Positions 16,264 to 26,459 are shown, numbered from the stretch's first letter. The stretch is DNA of 38,005 nt from an uncultured Bacteroidales bacterium (GCA_964601385.1 CAZRNJ010000002.1:1-38005); one strand, 5' to 3'. Made by a program: numbers and translations. Notes: generated by a model not told the origin, from the letters alone.

Positions 16264-17286
16264 ATGAAAAAGAGAGAACTGCTCAGCAAAGAAATCGAAC
16301 ATATTGACATCAAATCGTTCGATTCAACACCCATTATCAATGCTATGCGAAAAATGTCGTTCTCATCACGCGAAACAGCAAATGCTGCCGATATTCTTCT
16401 GAAAATGATTAAAGACAAAGAATGTACCAATATACTCACCCTTGCCGGCAGTACCAGCGCGGGTGGCTGTATGCAGGTGTACGTTGACATGGTTAAGCAT
16501 AACATGATTGACGTGGTTGTTGCAACCGGGGCATCCATTATTGATATGGACTTTTTTGAAGCCATCGGGTTTAAACATTTTATCGGTCGCCGTGATATAT
16601 CGGACAAACGGTTGCGCGAATTTTACATTGACCGTATCTACGATACATTTATTGATGAAGACGAATTGCAGGAATGCGACAATACTATTAAAAAAATTGC
16701 CGATAAACTTAAACCCCGCCCCTATTCGTCACGTGAATTTATTAAACAGCTTGGAGCGTATCTGGTAAAAAATTCTGTAAAAAAAGATTCTCTCATTCAG
16801 GTTGCGTACGAAAAAAACGTTCCGATATTCTGTCCTGCCTTCTCTGACAGCAGCGCAGGATTTGGGCTTGTGAAGCACCAATGGGAAAATCCCGACAAAC
16901 ATGTTTCAATTGACTCGGTAAAAGATTTCCTCGAACTAACTATGATTAAAATGGCAGCAGGAACCTCAGGGCTCTTTATGATTGGCGGCGGTGTGCCTAA
17001 AAACTTTGCCCAGGACACCGTTGTCTGTGCTGAAATTCTTGGCAAAGCAGTGCCCATGCATAAATACGCCGTCCAAATCACTGTGGCTGATGTGCGTGAT
17101 GGCGCCTGCTCCTCATCTACACTGCAGGAAGCCAGCTCATGGGGCAAAGTAGATACCCTCTACGAACAAATGGTTTTTGCCGAAGCCACAACCGTTCTGC
17201 CGCTTATTACCAGTTTCCTTTATCATTCGAAAGCATGGAAAAAACGCGAAGCGCGAAACTGGACAAAGTTGCTCGATAAAAACTAA
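16264..17286 (+). CDS. deoxyhypusine synthase family protein (bacterial DHS-like / homospermidine-synthase-like)
   Basis: 340 aa. LTLAGSTSAGG, VDVVVATGASIIDMD and GGGVPKNF blocks are typical of the DHS NAD-binding fold. Confidence 0.8.
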   Translation: MKKRELLSKEIEHIDIKSFDSTPIINAMRKMSFSSRETANAADILLKMIKDKECTNILTLAGSTSAGGCMQVYVDMVKHNMIDVVVATGASIIDMDFFEAIGFKHFIGRRDISDKRLREFYIDRIYDTFIDEDELQECDNTIKKIADKLKPRPYSSREFIKQLGAYLVKNSVKKDSLIQVAYEKNVPIFCPAFSDSSAGFGLVKHQWENPDKHVSIDSVKDFLELTMIKMAAGTSGLFMIGGGVPKNFAQDTVVCAEILGKAVPMHKYAVQITVADVRDGACSSSTLQEASSWGKVDTLYEQMVFAEATTVLPLITSFLYHSKAWKKREARNWTKLLDKN

Positions 17287-17352
17287 ACAAGGATCAGATA
17301 TCATTTAACCCCGGGCTTTTTTCCATTGTCTGTTTATCCCAAATTTCACAAC

Positions 17353-17547
17353 ATTGAACCCTGATTTCTCAGTTGATAAATTTTAACTGAAAAAATCTCT
17401 TGAAAATCTAATCGTTAGCTGATTACTAACAATAAGATTTTCTAAGACGGCATCGCTTTCGCGTAGCTTTAGCGGAACAAAGGGTTGCTGCATTAATGAT
17501 ATAGAAATGTGGGTTTTATAGTATATAGGGAATTTCCATTGCAAAAT
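17353..17547 (-). repeat. structured dispersed repeat, copy 2 (about 195 nt, 32-nt deletion variant)
   Basis: Aligns with copy 1. Exact 22-mer at 17448-17469. Second hairpin at 17414-17430. It lies 83 nt beyond the stop of the minus-strand glycoside hydrolase gene. Confidence 0.85.
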
Positions 17548-17630
17548 ACAGAATAAACAATATAATTCGACAACATTGCCATAATCGCCATAACTGAATC
17601 ATTATTGAAAACGTTGATAATGCTTGTCTT

Positions 17631-19670
17631 TTATCGTATAACCGCCACCGGCATAACAGCACGACAAACCTTATCATAACTGATATTCAGGAAGTATAAT
17701 CCCTGACTGACTCCCGGTATTGATATTTGGACAATGTGTTTCCCACTATTAAAACTCCCGCCCTCCCATTGATAAACCATACTGCCACTAATACTAAATA
17801 AAGAAAAAGATACAACAGACGATGTTTCAGTGCTAAATTCAACATTTAACAGACCTGAAGCCGGATTGGGAAACACCCTCACACCTTTATAGCCATCTGC
17901 ATTTTGAGCGGCTGTGTTTTCCGGTAAAGCAAATAATGGATGATACTCCATCAGAAAAATACTGTCAAAATGATATTCCCTGCCTGCTACTGAGGCTAAT
18001 TGAAAGTCAACCTTCATTTCATCTGTCCACCCGGCCACACCTGCATCAAAAACAAAGGTCTGCGGCTGAGACATTAAAGTAACCTGTTGATAAATCATCT
18101 TGGAGTACGGTGAATGATTAATCTCAAATACCAGATAAACATCCACTGTATCATCGGCCTTGGCCTGTAGCGACAGATAATAATGATAACCCGTTTTCAC
18201 CTGTACTGGTTGTAGCAGTTGAACACACCATGGTGTGCCGGCTGTGCCAACATTTATCTGATATGACTGACTGCCCGACAGTTGTGATGTGGTATCAATG
18301 TTACCCGATGCCGTGAGTCCACACGACCGGTATAAATACCAGTTTGCACCATCATGCATAAACTCACTGTTCCGCAACTTATTCACAACCATTGGCAAAA
18401 TATACCGCAGGGTATCCATCATGCTGATATTCCCGGCCCTGTCAATCACATATCCGGTATATTGCAACGTATCACCTGCAAAATAAGTATCATCCGTCAG
18501 GAATGTATCAGTAGTATAATAAGTGCGGTAACCATTGGAAATCCTGTATCCGGCCAGCCCCGACCCACTATCAGTGGCTTTTCCCCATGTAAGACGATAA
18601 TGACCGGCATCCTCGGTTATGCTGAAATGACCGGCAACCGGAGCTATCGTATCGTTGTAACAACTCAACTGCTCGCGAAACATTTGTTCCGATGAGACAT
18701 GAAAATAGAGTGCCGAATCCATCTCGCCATTATAATGCTGCCTGACATATTCATTGATTTCGATCCGGCAGTCGCCCCATCCATACCAGGGCGAATCGGG
18801 GTTAGCATTCCAGTTCCAGTTAATATAACATAATGCCTTAATGCCCGGATGACTATGAATAAACGAAAAATATTGCGCAAACCAGACATCATATGAGGCC
18901 TGTCCGCTCGATGTACTATACCACTTTGATGTTGTTTCACCTATCATCACCGGTTTGCCTGCCACATGAGCAAAATTCATAAAATCTTCTGTATCGGTTT
19001 CTGTCATCCCTTCTTTCTTAAAAATATCAATGCCAAACCAGTCGACATAATTATGTCCCGGATAATAGGAATAAAAAGTATTGGTGCCATCCAGCGCATA
19101 TGCCCAAACGGTAGCAACTTCAAGATTGTTTGCGCGCAACGAATCAGTGATGATCCAATATGCCTGCCGGTAGGTACCCGACTCATAACCATTCCAGTAT
19201 CCGTTAAACTCATAACCAATGCGAATAAACGCCGGCCTGGCCAACCGTCTGAATCCCTTTACCAGATTACTAATTTCCTGATCATATAGTCCGGCAACAA
19301 CATCCTGCTCATAATGCTCTGAGGGTGTCCCGTCCTGTGTCATCGAAAGTCCGATCTGCGGAATCACAAAGCCCGGATAATGATCTAACTTTTCCTTTAA
19401 CCCGTCACTCCATGTGCTGTCCAAATTTTTTAATCCGATATAATACATATAGATCACCGGCTGATGGCCGCTATCCATTGCCAGATACCAGTAATTTGAA
19501 AACGCATCGTCATCCTGACCTGCTCCTGTAATTATTTTATCTTTTATTTCCAGCAATTGATTATAATTATTACGGTGAACAAACGGCTCACTATAGCTTA
19601 GCGAGCAATAAAAAATAAAAAAAACGATGAGTTTCTGACCGTTCATTTTTTCGTTGTATAATTTTTTCAT
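17631..19670 (-). CDS. secreted glycoside hydrolase (GH26-like catalytic domain, CBM4_9-like domain, T9SS C-terminal sorting domain)
   Basis: The start is set at MKKLYNEKMNGQKLIVFFIFYCSLSYS. GYEFNGYW and YYPGHNYVDWFGIDIF resemble GH26 motifs. The C-terminus VRVFPNPASGLLNVEF...GLYFLNI is a Por_Secre_tail. Confidence 0.65.
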   Translation of the reverse strand: MKKLYNEKMNGQKLIVFFIFYCSLSYSEPFVHRNNYNQLLEIKDKIITGAGQDDDAFSNYWYLAMDSGHQPVIYMYYIGLKNLDSTWSDGLKEKLDHYPGFVIPQIGLSMTQDGTPSEHYEQDVVAGLYDQEISNLVKGFRRLARPAFIRIGYEFNGYWNGYESGTYRQAYWIITDSLRANNLEVATVWAYALDGTNTFYSYYPGHNYVDWFGIDIFKKEGMTETDTEDFMNFAHVAGKPVMIGETTSKWYSTSSGQASYDVWFAQYFSFIHSHPGIKALCYINWNWNANPDSPWYGWGDCRIEINEYVRQHYNGEMDSALYFHVSSEQMFREQLSCYNDTIAPVAGHFSITEDAGHYRLTWGKATDSGSGLAGYRISNGYRTYYTTDTFLTDDTYFAGDTLQYTGYVIDRAGNISMMDTLRYILPMVVNKLRNSEFMHDGANWYLYRSCGLTASGNIDTTSQLSGSQSYQINVGTAGTPWCVQLLQPVQVKTGYHYYLSLQAKADDTVDVYLVFEINHSPYSKMIYQQVTLMSQPQTFVFDAGVAGWTDEMKVDFQLASVAGREYHFDSIFLMEYHPLFALPENTAAQNADGYKGVRVFPNPASGLLNVEFSTETSSVVSFSLFSISGSMVYQWEGGSFNSGKHIVQISIPGVSQGLYFLNISYDKVCRAVMPVAVIR

Positions 19671-19703
19671 TCTGATCATCCCCGTTTCCTCGATGATATT
19701 TAT

Positions 19704-19711
19704 CAAAGGTA
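19704..19711 (-). promoter_or_regulatory. -7 promoter box TACCTTTG for the glycoside hydrolase gene
   Basis: The reverse complement of CAAAGGTA matches TAnnTTTG, 33 nt upstream of the ATG at 19670. Confidence 0.5.
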
Positions 19712-20002
19712 TCTATAATTATTCCATTCTTTTCAATGCAAATTCTCTGTTGGAACAAACCTTTGTGCTTTTTAAAATTATTCGCATTTTTAAATTCTGT
19801 TTTGGGGATTAATCTAATTTGCAGGTCACATGATAAAAAATATGGGTTAAAACAAAAAAAATATTACTTTTTATTACTTAATATAACTTTTTTTATAGTG
19901 TGTATATAATTTTTTATTAAAATATTTTATTAAAAATAAAATATTTAATGGCATAGAAGAATTATTTTGCATTTTTACTATTCATATTTACATTTTTTAA
20001 TA

Positions 20003-20010
20003 TATATTTG
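20003..20010 (+). promoter_or_regulatory. -7 promoter box TATATTTG upstream of amt
   Basis: Exact TAnnTTTG match, 69 nt upstream of the ATG at 20080, within a very AT-rich spacer. Confidence 0.4.
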
Positions 20011-20079
20011 CAATATATTTAAATATTAAAACATTTATAACAAGTTTTATTACAATATATAAATAAAAATGGCAATTTT

Positions 20080-21426
20080 ATGAAAATTATTAGAAAAAGA
20101 ATTTGGTTATCCATTCTGTTTCTGGCAGGGATTGCCGGAAGCGCGATGGCAGCAGAACCGGTAGCAATTGATACAGGCGCAACGGCCTGGATGCTTACTT
20201 CAACGGCCCTGGTGCTGCTGATGGTTCCCGGACTGGCGATGTTTTACGGCGGACTGGTTCGAACCAAAAACGTACTGGGTACCATGATGCATAGTTTCGT
20301 ATCCATGGGAATTGTAGCTGTTCTTTGGGTTATAGTGGGTTATTCATTGAGTTTCGGGCCAAGTGTCCTCGGCGGATGGATTGGATGGAACAGTAACTAT
20401 CTGTTCCTGAATGGTATTGATGCTTCCATTATGTCTGCTGGTATTCCTGAATATGTATTCTCAATGTTTCAAGGCAAATTTGCCATCATAACTCCTGCTC
20501 TCATTGCCGGCGCTTTTGCCGAACGGGTAACATTTAAAGGTTATGTAGTATTTATCACTCTATGGGTTCTGCTAATCTATTCTCCGTTATGCCACTGGGT
20601 ATGGGCTTCGGATGGATTTCTGTTTAACATGGGTGCTATGGGTGCAATAGACTTTGCCGGCGGAACGGTCGTTCATATTTCTTCGGGTATCAGCGGGCTT
20701 GTGGCTGCTCTTTACCTTGGCAGCCGCAGAGGATATCCAAAAACAACCATGTCGCCAAGCAATTTAACCATGACTATAATTGGGGCCGGATTACTATGGG
20801 TGGGATGGTTTGGCTTTAATGCCGGCAGCAGTATTGCCAGCGGACTTCTTACAGCACAAGCCCTCACAGCTACTCAGGCCGCTGCTGCTGCAGGTGCGGT
20901 AGCGTGGATAGTCATTGAAAATATTCATCAGGGAAAGGCAACGGCTCTGGGCTTTGCCTCAGGTATACTTGCCGGATTGGTTGCAGTTACACCGGCAGCT
21001 GGCGTAGTGCAGCCCGCAGGGGCTCTGGCTCTTGGTTTTATCGCTGCGGCTGTATGCTATTCGGTTATTTTACTAAAAGGAAAACTCGGGTACGACGACA
21101 GTTTGGATGCCTTTGGAATACATGGTGCTGGCGGCATCACCGGAGCTATTTGCTTGACCTTCTTTATCCGTAAAAGCTGGATGGCCTCAGCAGCTCAAGC
21201 AGCAATTGATAAAGGTATTGCAACAACATGGACGTTATGGCACCAATTAGCCGTTCAAAGTATTGCTGTGGGTATTTCTATTCTTTATGCCGCCACTGTA
21301 ACGCTGATTTTGATTTTTCTCACCGACAAAATTGTAGGACTTAAATCCTCTGAAAATGATGAAATGCAGGGACTCGATGCCTCGTATCATGGTGAGCGGG
21401 GATATGGTATGCTTTCGCCTAACTAA
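20080..21426 (+). CDS. amt: ammonium transporter (Amt family)
   Basis: 448 aa. Signal peptide, then DTGATAWMLTSTALVLLMVPGLAMFYGGLVR and DFAGGTVVHISSG Amt signatures. Confidence 0.9.
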   Translation: MKIIRKRIWLSILFLAGIAGSAMAAEPVAIDTGATAWMLTSTALVLLMVPGLAMFYGGLVRTKNVLGTMMHSFVSMGIVAVLWVIVGYSLSFGPSVLGGWIGWNSNYLFLNGIDASIMSAGIPEYVFSMFQGKFAIITPALIAGAFAERVTFKGYVVFITLWVLLIYSPLCHWVWASDGFLFNMGAMGAIDFAGGTVVHISSGISGLVAALYLGSRRGYPKTTMSPSNLTMTIIGAGLLWVGWFGFNAGSSIASGLLTAQALTATQAAAAAGAVAWIVIENIHQGKATALGFASGILAGLVAVTPAAGVVQPAGALALGFIAAAVCYSVILLKGKLGYDDSLDAFGIHGAGGITGAICLTFFIRKSWMASAAQAAIDKGIATTWTLWHQLAVQSIAVGISILYAATVTLILIFLTDKIVGLKSSENDEMQGLDASYHGERGYGMLSPN

Positions 21427-21475
21427 TCAATATTATTATGATGTATCATTCATTTAATCTTTAAAGACAACCATT

Positions 21476-21820
21476 ATGAAACTTATCATAGCCATTATCA
21501 GGGAAAATAAACTCGACCAGGTGCGTGAAGCACTCATTGACGCCGAAATTACCCGCATAACCGTATCGCGCGTATCCGGTCACGGGCAACAGATGAAAGA
21601 AGAAGTGTATCGCGGTAAAAAAGTGATACCTAACCTTGTTCCTAAAATAAAACTCGAAATTGCCTGTAACGATGCTTTTGTAGACATCACCGTCAATGCT
21701 ATCCTCAAAGCATCTAAAACAGTGGATGGCGGCGCTTTGGGCGATGGGAAAATTTTTATCCTCCCTCTCGAAGAATGTATCCGCATACGTACCGAAGAAC
21801 GGGGAAGCAAAGCAATCTGA
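21476..21820 (+). CDS. glnK: P-II nitrogen regulatory protein
   Basis: 114 aa. MKLIIAIIRENKLDQVREAL...TVSRVSGHGQQ...GDGKIFILPLEECIRIRTEERG. Located immediately downstream of amt. Confidence 0.9.
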   Translation: MKLIIAIIRENKLDQVREALIDAEITRITVSRVSGHGQQMKEEVYRGKKVIPNLVPKIKLEIACNDAFVDITVNAILKASKTVDGGALGDGKIFILPLEECIRIRTEERGSKAI

Positions 21821-21842
21821 CCTTTTCAGCCGAAATTTTATA

Positions 21843-21877
21843 AACCCTTCATAAACCTGTTGTGAAGGGTTTTTTTT
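21843..21877 (+). terminator. rho-independent terminator after glnK
   Basis: Stem AACCCTTCA / TGAAGGGTT with an 11-nt loop, followed by a T run. Confidence 0.8.
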
Positions 21878-21897
21878 ATCTTGCAAAAAAATTACCA

Positions 21898-22356
21898 ATG
21901 AAAATTTATTTTGCCGGACCTCTTTTTTCACTCGCCGAAAAAGAGTTTAATAAAAAGCTGATTGCTGCCATTCAAAAAAATCTTAAACATGATGTAACTT
22001 TCATTATCCCGCAGGATTACGGTGAAGAGATTGCCGGTGACCCGGACTTTATTCAGAAAGCTTTCGACTTCTGCATTGCCGGGGTCAGGAATTGCGATGC
22101 TATTATTGCTGTGCTCGATGGCGCTGATGCCGACTCGGGAACCTGCATTGAATTGGGCTTTGGCTTTGCTCTGGGTAAACCGGTGATTGGTGTCCGTACC
22201 GATTTTCGCACATCCGAGGACCGTGGACTCAACCTAATGGTACCTGGCGTTTGCCATACACTTATCTGGAAACCCGGAGCCAATACCGACCAACTGGGAC
22301 TGGAAATTGCGCTTTGGCTGCATCATCTGTGCGAACAAATACTGCCACATAATTAG
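21898..22356 (+). CDS. nucleoside 2-deoxyribosyltransferase family protein
   Basis: The start is moved to MKIYFAGPLFSLAEKEFN (family N-terminal motif). The longer track ORF would begin inside the glnK terminator. Confidence 0.7.
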   Translation: MKIYFAGPLFSLAEKEFNKKLIAAIQKNLKHDVTFIIPQDYGEEIAGDPDFIQKAFDFCIAGVRNCDAIIAVLDGADADSGTCIELGFGFALGKPVIGVRTDFRTSEDRGLNLMVPGVCHTLIWKPGANTDQLGLEIALWLHHLCEQILPHN

Positions 22357-22546
22357 CCAAAAAAGTATTTAAATCAGAACTATTCCATTTTCCCTGCCGG
22401 TGTACTAATACAAATTTATATTCAACTGCATTTTAGCACAATTCCGCTCATACGACAACCGGTGATTTTAATCCTGGTAAATCAAAATGCCTTGATATCA
22501 TCTAAACCATTTTACTGCATATAACCCTGATTTTAGCTTTTTTCGC

Positions 22547-22554
22547 TATTTTTG
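22547..22554 (+). promoter_or_regulatory. -7 promoter box TATTTTTG upstream of pheT
   Basis: Exact TAnnTTTG match, 21 nt upstream of the ATG at 22576. Confidence 0.5.
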
Positions 22555-22575
22555 CCCGGTCTAAAAATTTTATCC

Positions 22576-25017
22576 ATGAAACTTTCTGTTAATTGGCTGA
22601 ACGACTATCTCGCTGTAAACATGGAGCCACAGCAACTGGCCGAAACACTCACATCTCTTGGTCTTGAGGTAGAATCGCACGAAACATGGAGCCCGGTTCC
22701 CGGGGGACTGAAAGGCGTAGTGGCAGGTGAAGTAATATCGTGCAGTAAACACCCGAATGCCGACAAGCTCAGCATAACTACCGTAAACATTGGTCAGCCC
22801 GAACTGCTTACTATTGTTTGTGGCGCCCCTAATGTACAACAAGGGCAAAAAGTACTTGTTGCTACCATTGGTACTGTATTGGGCTCCCAAAATAAACCCT
22901 TCACCATACAAAAAACAAAAATACGCGGTGAAACCAGCGAAGGCATGATATGCGCCCAAGACGAACTCGGACTGGGCAACGACCACAGCGGCATCATGGT
23001 ACTGCCACCTGATACCATTCCCGGAACACCGGCCGCAACCTGTCTCAACATTGCCACCGATACAGTATTTGAAATAGCCATTACACCCAACCGTATTGAC
23101 TGCGCATCACATTTTGGTGTGGCACGCGACCTGGCCGCCCGTCTGGCAATCAGTCAAAACATTACACTCCGTAAGCCGCCGGTTGATGCATTCAGCGTTG
23201 ACAATAATAGCAAGCCGTTTACTGTAATTATTGAGAACACGGCCGCATGCTCGCGGTATTCCGGTTTAACCATCTCCGGAGTATCCATCGCGCCATCACC
23301 CCAGTGGCTGCTTAACAAGCTTTCGTCTATTGGCTTAACGCCGGTCAACAATGTGGTTGACATCACAAACTTCGTGCTACACGAAATCGGTCAGCCCCTG
23401 CATGCCTTCGACGCAGATAAAATAAACGGAAAAAACATATTTGTAAAAACACTGCCCGATGGAACTCCATTCACCACCCTCGATGGGATTGAACGCAAGC
23501 TGTCGGCCGCCGACCTGATGATTTGCGACGCGAACGGCGGATTGTGTATAGCTGGAATATTTGGCGGCTCAGTGTCGGGAATCACTCCACAAACAAAAAA
23601 TATCTTCCTCGAAAGCGCCTGCTTTAATTCCGTTTACATTCGCCGCACATCTAAACGGCATGGTTTATCTACCGATGCATCCTTCCGTTTCGAACGAGGG
23701 ACAGACCCTGAAATAACCGTATACGCGCTGAAAAGAGCTGCGCTGCTGATAAAAGAGATTGCCGGCGGACAAATCTCTTCAACAATAACCGATATCTGTT
23801 CGACTCCATCCAATCCGGCTAAAATTGAACTGTCATTCAGTCGCATGTCATCTCTTATGGGCATTAACATTGATCCCTTGCGTATAAAAAAAATCCTTTC
23901 ATCACTCGATATCTCTGTTTTGCACGAATCATCCGAAGGACTTACCGTCAGCGTGCCACTCTACAGGGTAGATGTTAAAACCGAAGCTGATATTGTAGAA
24001 GAACTTTTACGGATCCATGGTTATAACACTGTTGAACCAAGCCATTCGGTATCTTTCGCCCCTGTACCGGGCAGGCATCCCGATCCCGAAAAACTGCGCA
24101 ATTCGGTGTCTGACCTGCTGGCTTTCGGCGGATTTAATGAGATCATGTGCAATTCCCTCTCCCGTTCTGATTACTACACAAACACCACAGTAGAAAAAAA
24201 CTCCGTATTCATAATCAATGCCCTGAGCCGCGAACTTAACGTCATGCGGCAAACATTGCTGTTTGGCGGCCTTGAATCCATTCTGCTCAATATCAATCAC
24301 CGGACATCCAATTTGCGGCTGTTCGAATTTGGCAACTGCTATGCTTATAACAAAAAAAACAGCAACGACCCACTTGACAGTTATCACGAATCTATGCATC
24401 TGGGCTTATTCCTGCTGGGCAACAACTGTATTGGCAACTGGACCACCACTCCTGCCAAAATGAGTTTCTTCACGCTCAAGGCATGGGTCGAAAAAATATT
24501 TAACCACCTCAATATTCCTGCCCGCATAACCGAAACCTGCAATTCCTCATCATTATGGCTCAACGGCGGATTAAGTTATCTATTCAAAAACAATGTTATT
24601 GCCGATGCGGGCATTGTTCATCAAAACCTGTTATCCCGTTTCGACATTAAAAACCCCGTATATTTTGCCGAAATCAATTGGTCGTTGATTCTCTCTCTGA
24701 TCAACACACAACCCGCTCCGTTTAGCGAACTGCCACGTTATCCCGAGGTACGGCGCGATCTGGCTCTTTTACTTGACCGGAACGTCAGTTTCGGCCAACT
24801 GAGCAAACTGGCCTTTGCAGCCGAAAAAAAACTCTTACGCAATATGTGGCTCTTCGATAGCTATGAAGATAATAAATTAGGCGAAAACAAAAAATCGTAT
24901 GCCATAGCTTTTATCCTTCAGGATTTCAACAAAACACTTACCGATAGCGAGGTAGATAAAACAATGAATAATCTGATTGCTCTATTTAAAAAAGAGCTGG
25001 ACGCGCAACTTCGTTAA
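22576..25017 (+). CDS. pheT: phenylalanine--tRNA ligase beta subunit
   Basis: Starts MKLSVNWLNDYL (canonical PheT N-terminus). It has the tRNA-binding domain (KHPNADKLSITTVNIG), B3/4, B5 and the C-terminal FDX-ACB region. Confidence 0.92.
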   Translation: MKLSVNWLNDYLAVNMEPQQLAETLTSLGLEVESHETWSPVPGGLKGVVAGEVISCSKHPNADKLSITTVNIGQPELLTIVCGAPNVQQGQKVLVATIGTVLGSQNKPFTIQKTKIRGETSEGMICAQDELGLGNDHSGIMVLPPDTIPGTPAATCLNIATDTVFEIAITPNRIDCASHFGVARDLAARLAISQNITLRKPPVDAFSVDNNSKPFTVIIENTAACSRYSGLTISGVSIAPSPQWLLNKLSSIGLTPVNNVVDITNFVLHEIGQPLHAFDADKINGKNIFVKTLPDGTPFTTLDGIERKLSAADLMICDANGGLCIAGIFGGSVSGITPQTKNIFLESACFNSVYIRRTSKRHGLSTDASFRFERGTDPEITVYALKRAALLIKEIAGGQISSTITDICSTPSNPAKIELSFSRMSSLMGINIDPLRIKKILSSLDISVLHESSEGLTVSVPLYRVDVKTEADIVEELLRIHGYNTVEPSHSVSFAPVPGRHPDPEKLRNSVSDLLAFGGFNEIMCNSLSRSDYYTNTTVEKNSVFIINALSRELNVMRQTLLFGGLESILLNINHRTSNLRLFEFGNCYAYNKKNSNDPLDSYHESMHLGLFLLGNNCIGNWTTTPAKMSFFTLKAWVEKIFNHLNIPARITETCNSSSLWLNGGLSYLFKNNVIADAGIVHQNLLSRFDIKNPVYFAEINWSLILSLINTQPAPFSELPRYPEVRRDLALLLDRNVSFGQLSKLAFAAEKKLLRNMWLFDSYEDNKLGENKKSYAIAFILQDFNKTLTDSEVDKTMNNLIALFKKELDAQLR

Positions 25018-25026
25018 TCAGCAAAC

Positions 25027-25548
25027 ATGAACCTTTCTGAACGGATAGAACTGATTAACGGCGATATCACAAAGATCACGGCCGATGCCATTGTTAATGC
25101 CGCAAACAATTCACTGCTTGGCGGTGGTGGTGTGGATGGTGCCATTCACCGTGCTGCCGGACCACAATTACTCGACGAATGCCGAACACTTAACGGCTGC
25201 CCTACCGGCCAGGCCAAAATAACCCGTGGCTATAATCTGCCTGCAAGATATGTCATTCATACGGTTGGCCCGGTTTGGGCAGAGGATAAAAAACAAGAAA
25301 AAAAACTCCTTACATCATGCTACCAAAACTGTCTCGCCATTGCCACTAAACAGAAACTGCTCACTATTGCATTCCCCAATATCAGCACCGGCGTTTACCG
25401 CTTCCCCAAAAATATAGCAGCCGAAATAGCTGTTCGTACCGTTTTTTCCTACCTTCAAAAGAATAAAATTCCGGAAAAAGTATTTTTTATCTGCTTTGAT
25501 AATGAAAATTATTGCATTTACCGGCAAATGCTTCAAAATTTTAATTAA
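25027..25548 (+). CDS. macro domain protein (O-acetyl-ADP-ribose deacetylase, YmdB-like)
   Basis: 173 aa. [35 protein letters not shown] is the canonical macro-domain motif. Confidence 0.85.
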   Translation: MNLSERIELINGDITKITADAIVNAANNSLLGGGGVDGAIHRAAGPQLLDECRTLNGCPTGQAKITRGYNLPARYVIHTVGPVWAEDKKQEKKLLTSCYQNCLAIATKQKLLTIAFPNISTGVYRFPKNIAAEIAVRTVFSYLQKNKIPEKVFFICFDNENYCIYRQMLQNFN

Positions 25549-25569
25549 AACCGAACATTCGAACAACTC

Positions 25570-26424
25570 ATGCAACAGATAAAAAACTATCTCTCACTGG
25601 TAACTTTCAGTCATACGGTGTTTGCTATGCCTTTTGCCCTGATTGGTTTTTTTCTCGCAATATATAATGGATACCCTTTTAGCTGGCGGCTACTGTTATT
25701 AGTAATTCTATGCATGATTTTTGCCCGCAATGCAGCCATGGCCTTCAACCGCTTTGTTGACCGTTCTATTGACCTGAAAAATCCACGCACCGCCCTGCGC
25801 GAAATACCCCGCGGTATCCTTCGGCCTCGTTCAGTTCTTTTTTTTACCGCTATCAATTCGATCTTATTTATCACTACTGCTGCTTTTATTAACTCGCTCA
25901 CGCTGGCCTTATCCCCGGTTGCTCTTTTCATAATCCTGGGTTACAGTTTTACAAAAAAATTTACTTCACTCTGCCATTTTATACTCGGACTGGGCCTGTC
26001 TCTTGCTCCCATAGGTGCTTATCTGGCTGTTGCATCCCGTTTTCAGATTATTCCATTATTATTTTCATTTATTGTCTTTTTTTGGGTTAGTGGGTTCGAT
26101 ATTATCTATGCATTACAGGATGAATCATTTGATAAAACTGAAAAACTTCATTCTTTACCTGTCCATATAGGCCGCCGCCATTCTCTTGTCTTTTCTGCCA
26201 TTGCTCATCTGTTTTCTGCCGCCCTTGTTATTTCTGCCGGCTGCATACTAAATGCTTCGTTTTATTATTGGTTTGGTTCTCTGATATTTATCGGCTTATT
26301 AATTTATCAGCATATTTTTATTACTCATGATAATATTAGCCATATTAACCGGGCATTTTTTACATTAAACGGTATTGCCAGCATTTTTTTTGCATTTTTT
26401 ACTATTGCCGATTTCCTGTTTTAG
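25570..26424 (+). CDS. UbiA family polyprenyltransferase (4-hydroxybenzoate-polyprenyltransferase-like)
   Basis: 284 aa with about 8 TM helices. ARNAAMAFNRFVDRSIDLKNPRT (NxxxDxxxD-type motif) and a second YALQD motif. Confidence 0.75.
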   Translation: MQQIKNYLSLVTFSHTVFAMPFALIGFFLAIYNGYPFSWRLLLLVILCMIFARNAAMAFNRFVDRSIDLKNPRTALREIPRGILRPRSVLFFTAINSILFITTAAFINSLTLALSPVALFIILGYSFTKKFTSLCHFILGLGLSLAPIGAYLAVASRFQIIPLLFSFIVFFWVSGFDIIYALQDESFDKTEKLHSLPVHIGRRHSLVFSAIAHLFSAALVISAGCILNASFYYWFGSLIFIGLLIYQHIFITHDNISHINRAFFTLNGIASIFFAFFTIADFLF

Positions 26425-26459
26425 CCATTTTCGGTTATCTTTAGGGGGTTTTATGCAAT

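Noticed and set aside
19947-19972. Sigma-54-type promoter (TGGCAT ... TTGCA) upstream of amt
   Set aside because: The GG and GC elements are about 19 nt apart rather than the required 10 nt.
21461-21931. 156-aa minus-strand ORF spanning the whole of glnK
   Set aside because: It is a shadow ORF antisense to an unmistakable P-II gene. It has no recognisable motifs and also runs through the glnK terminator.
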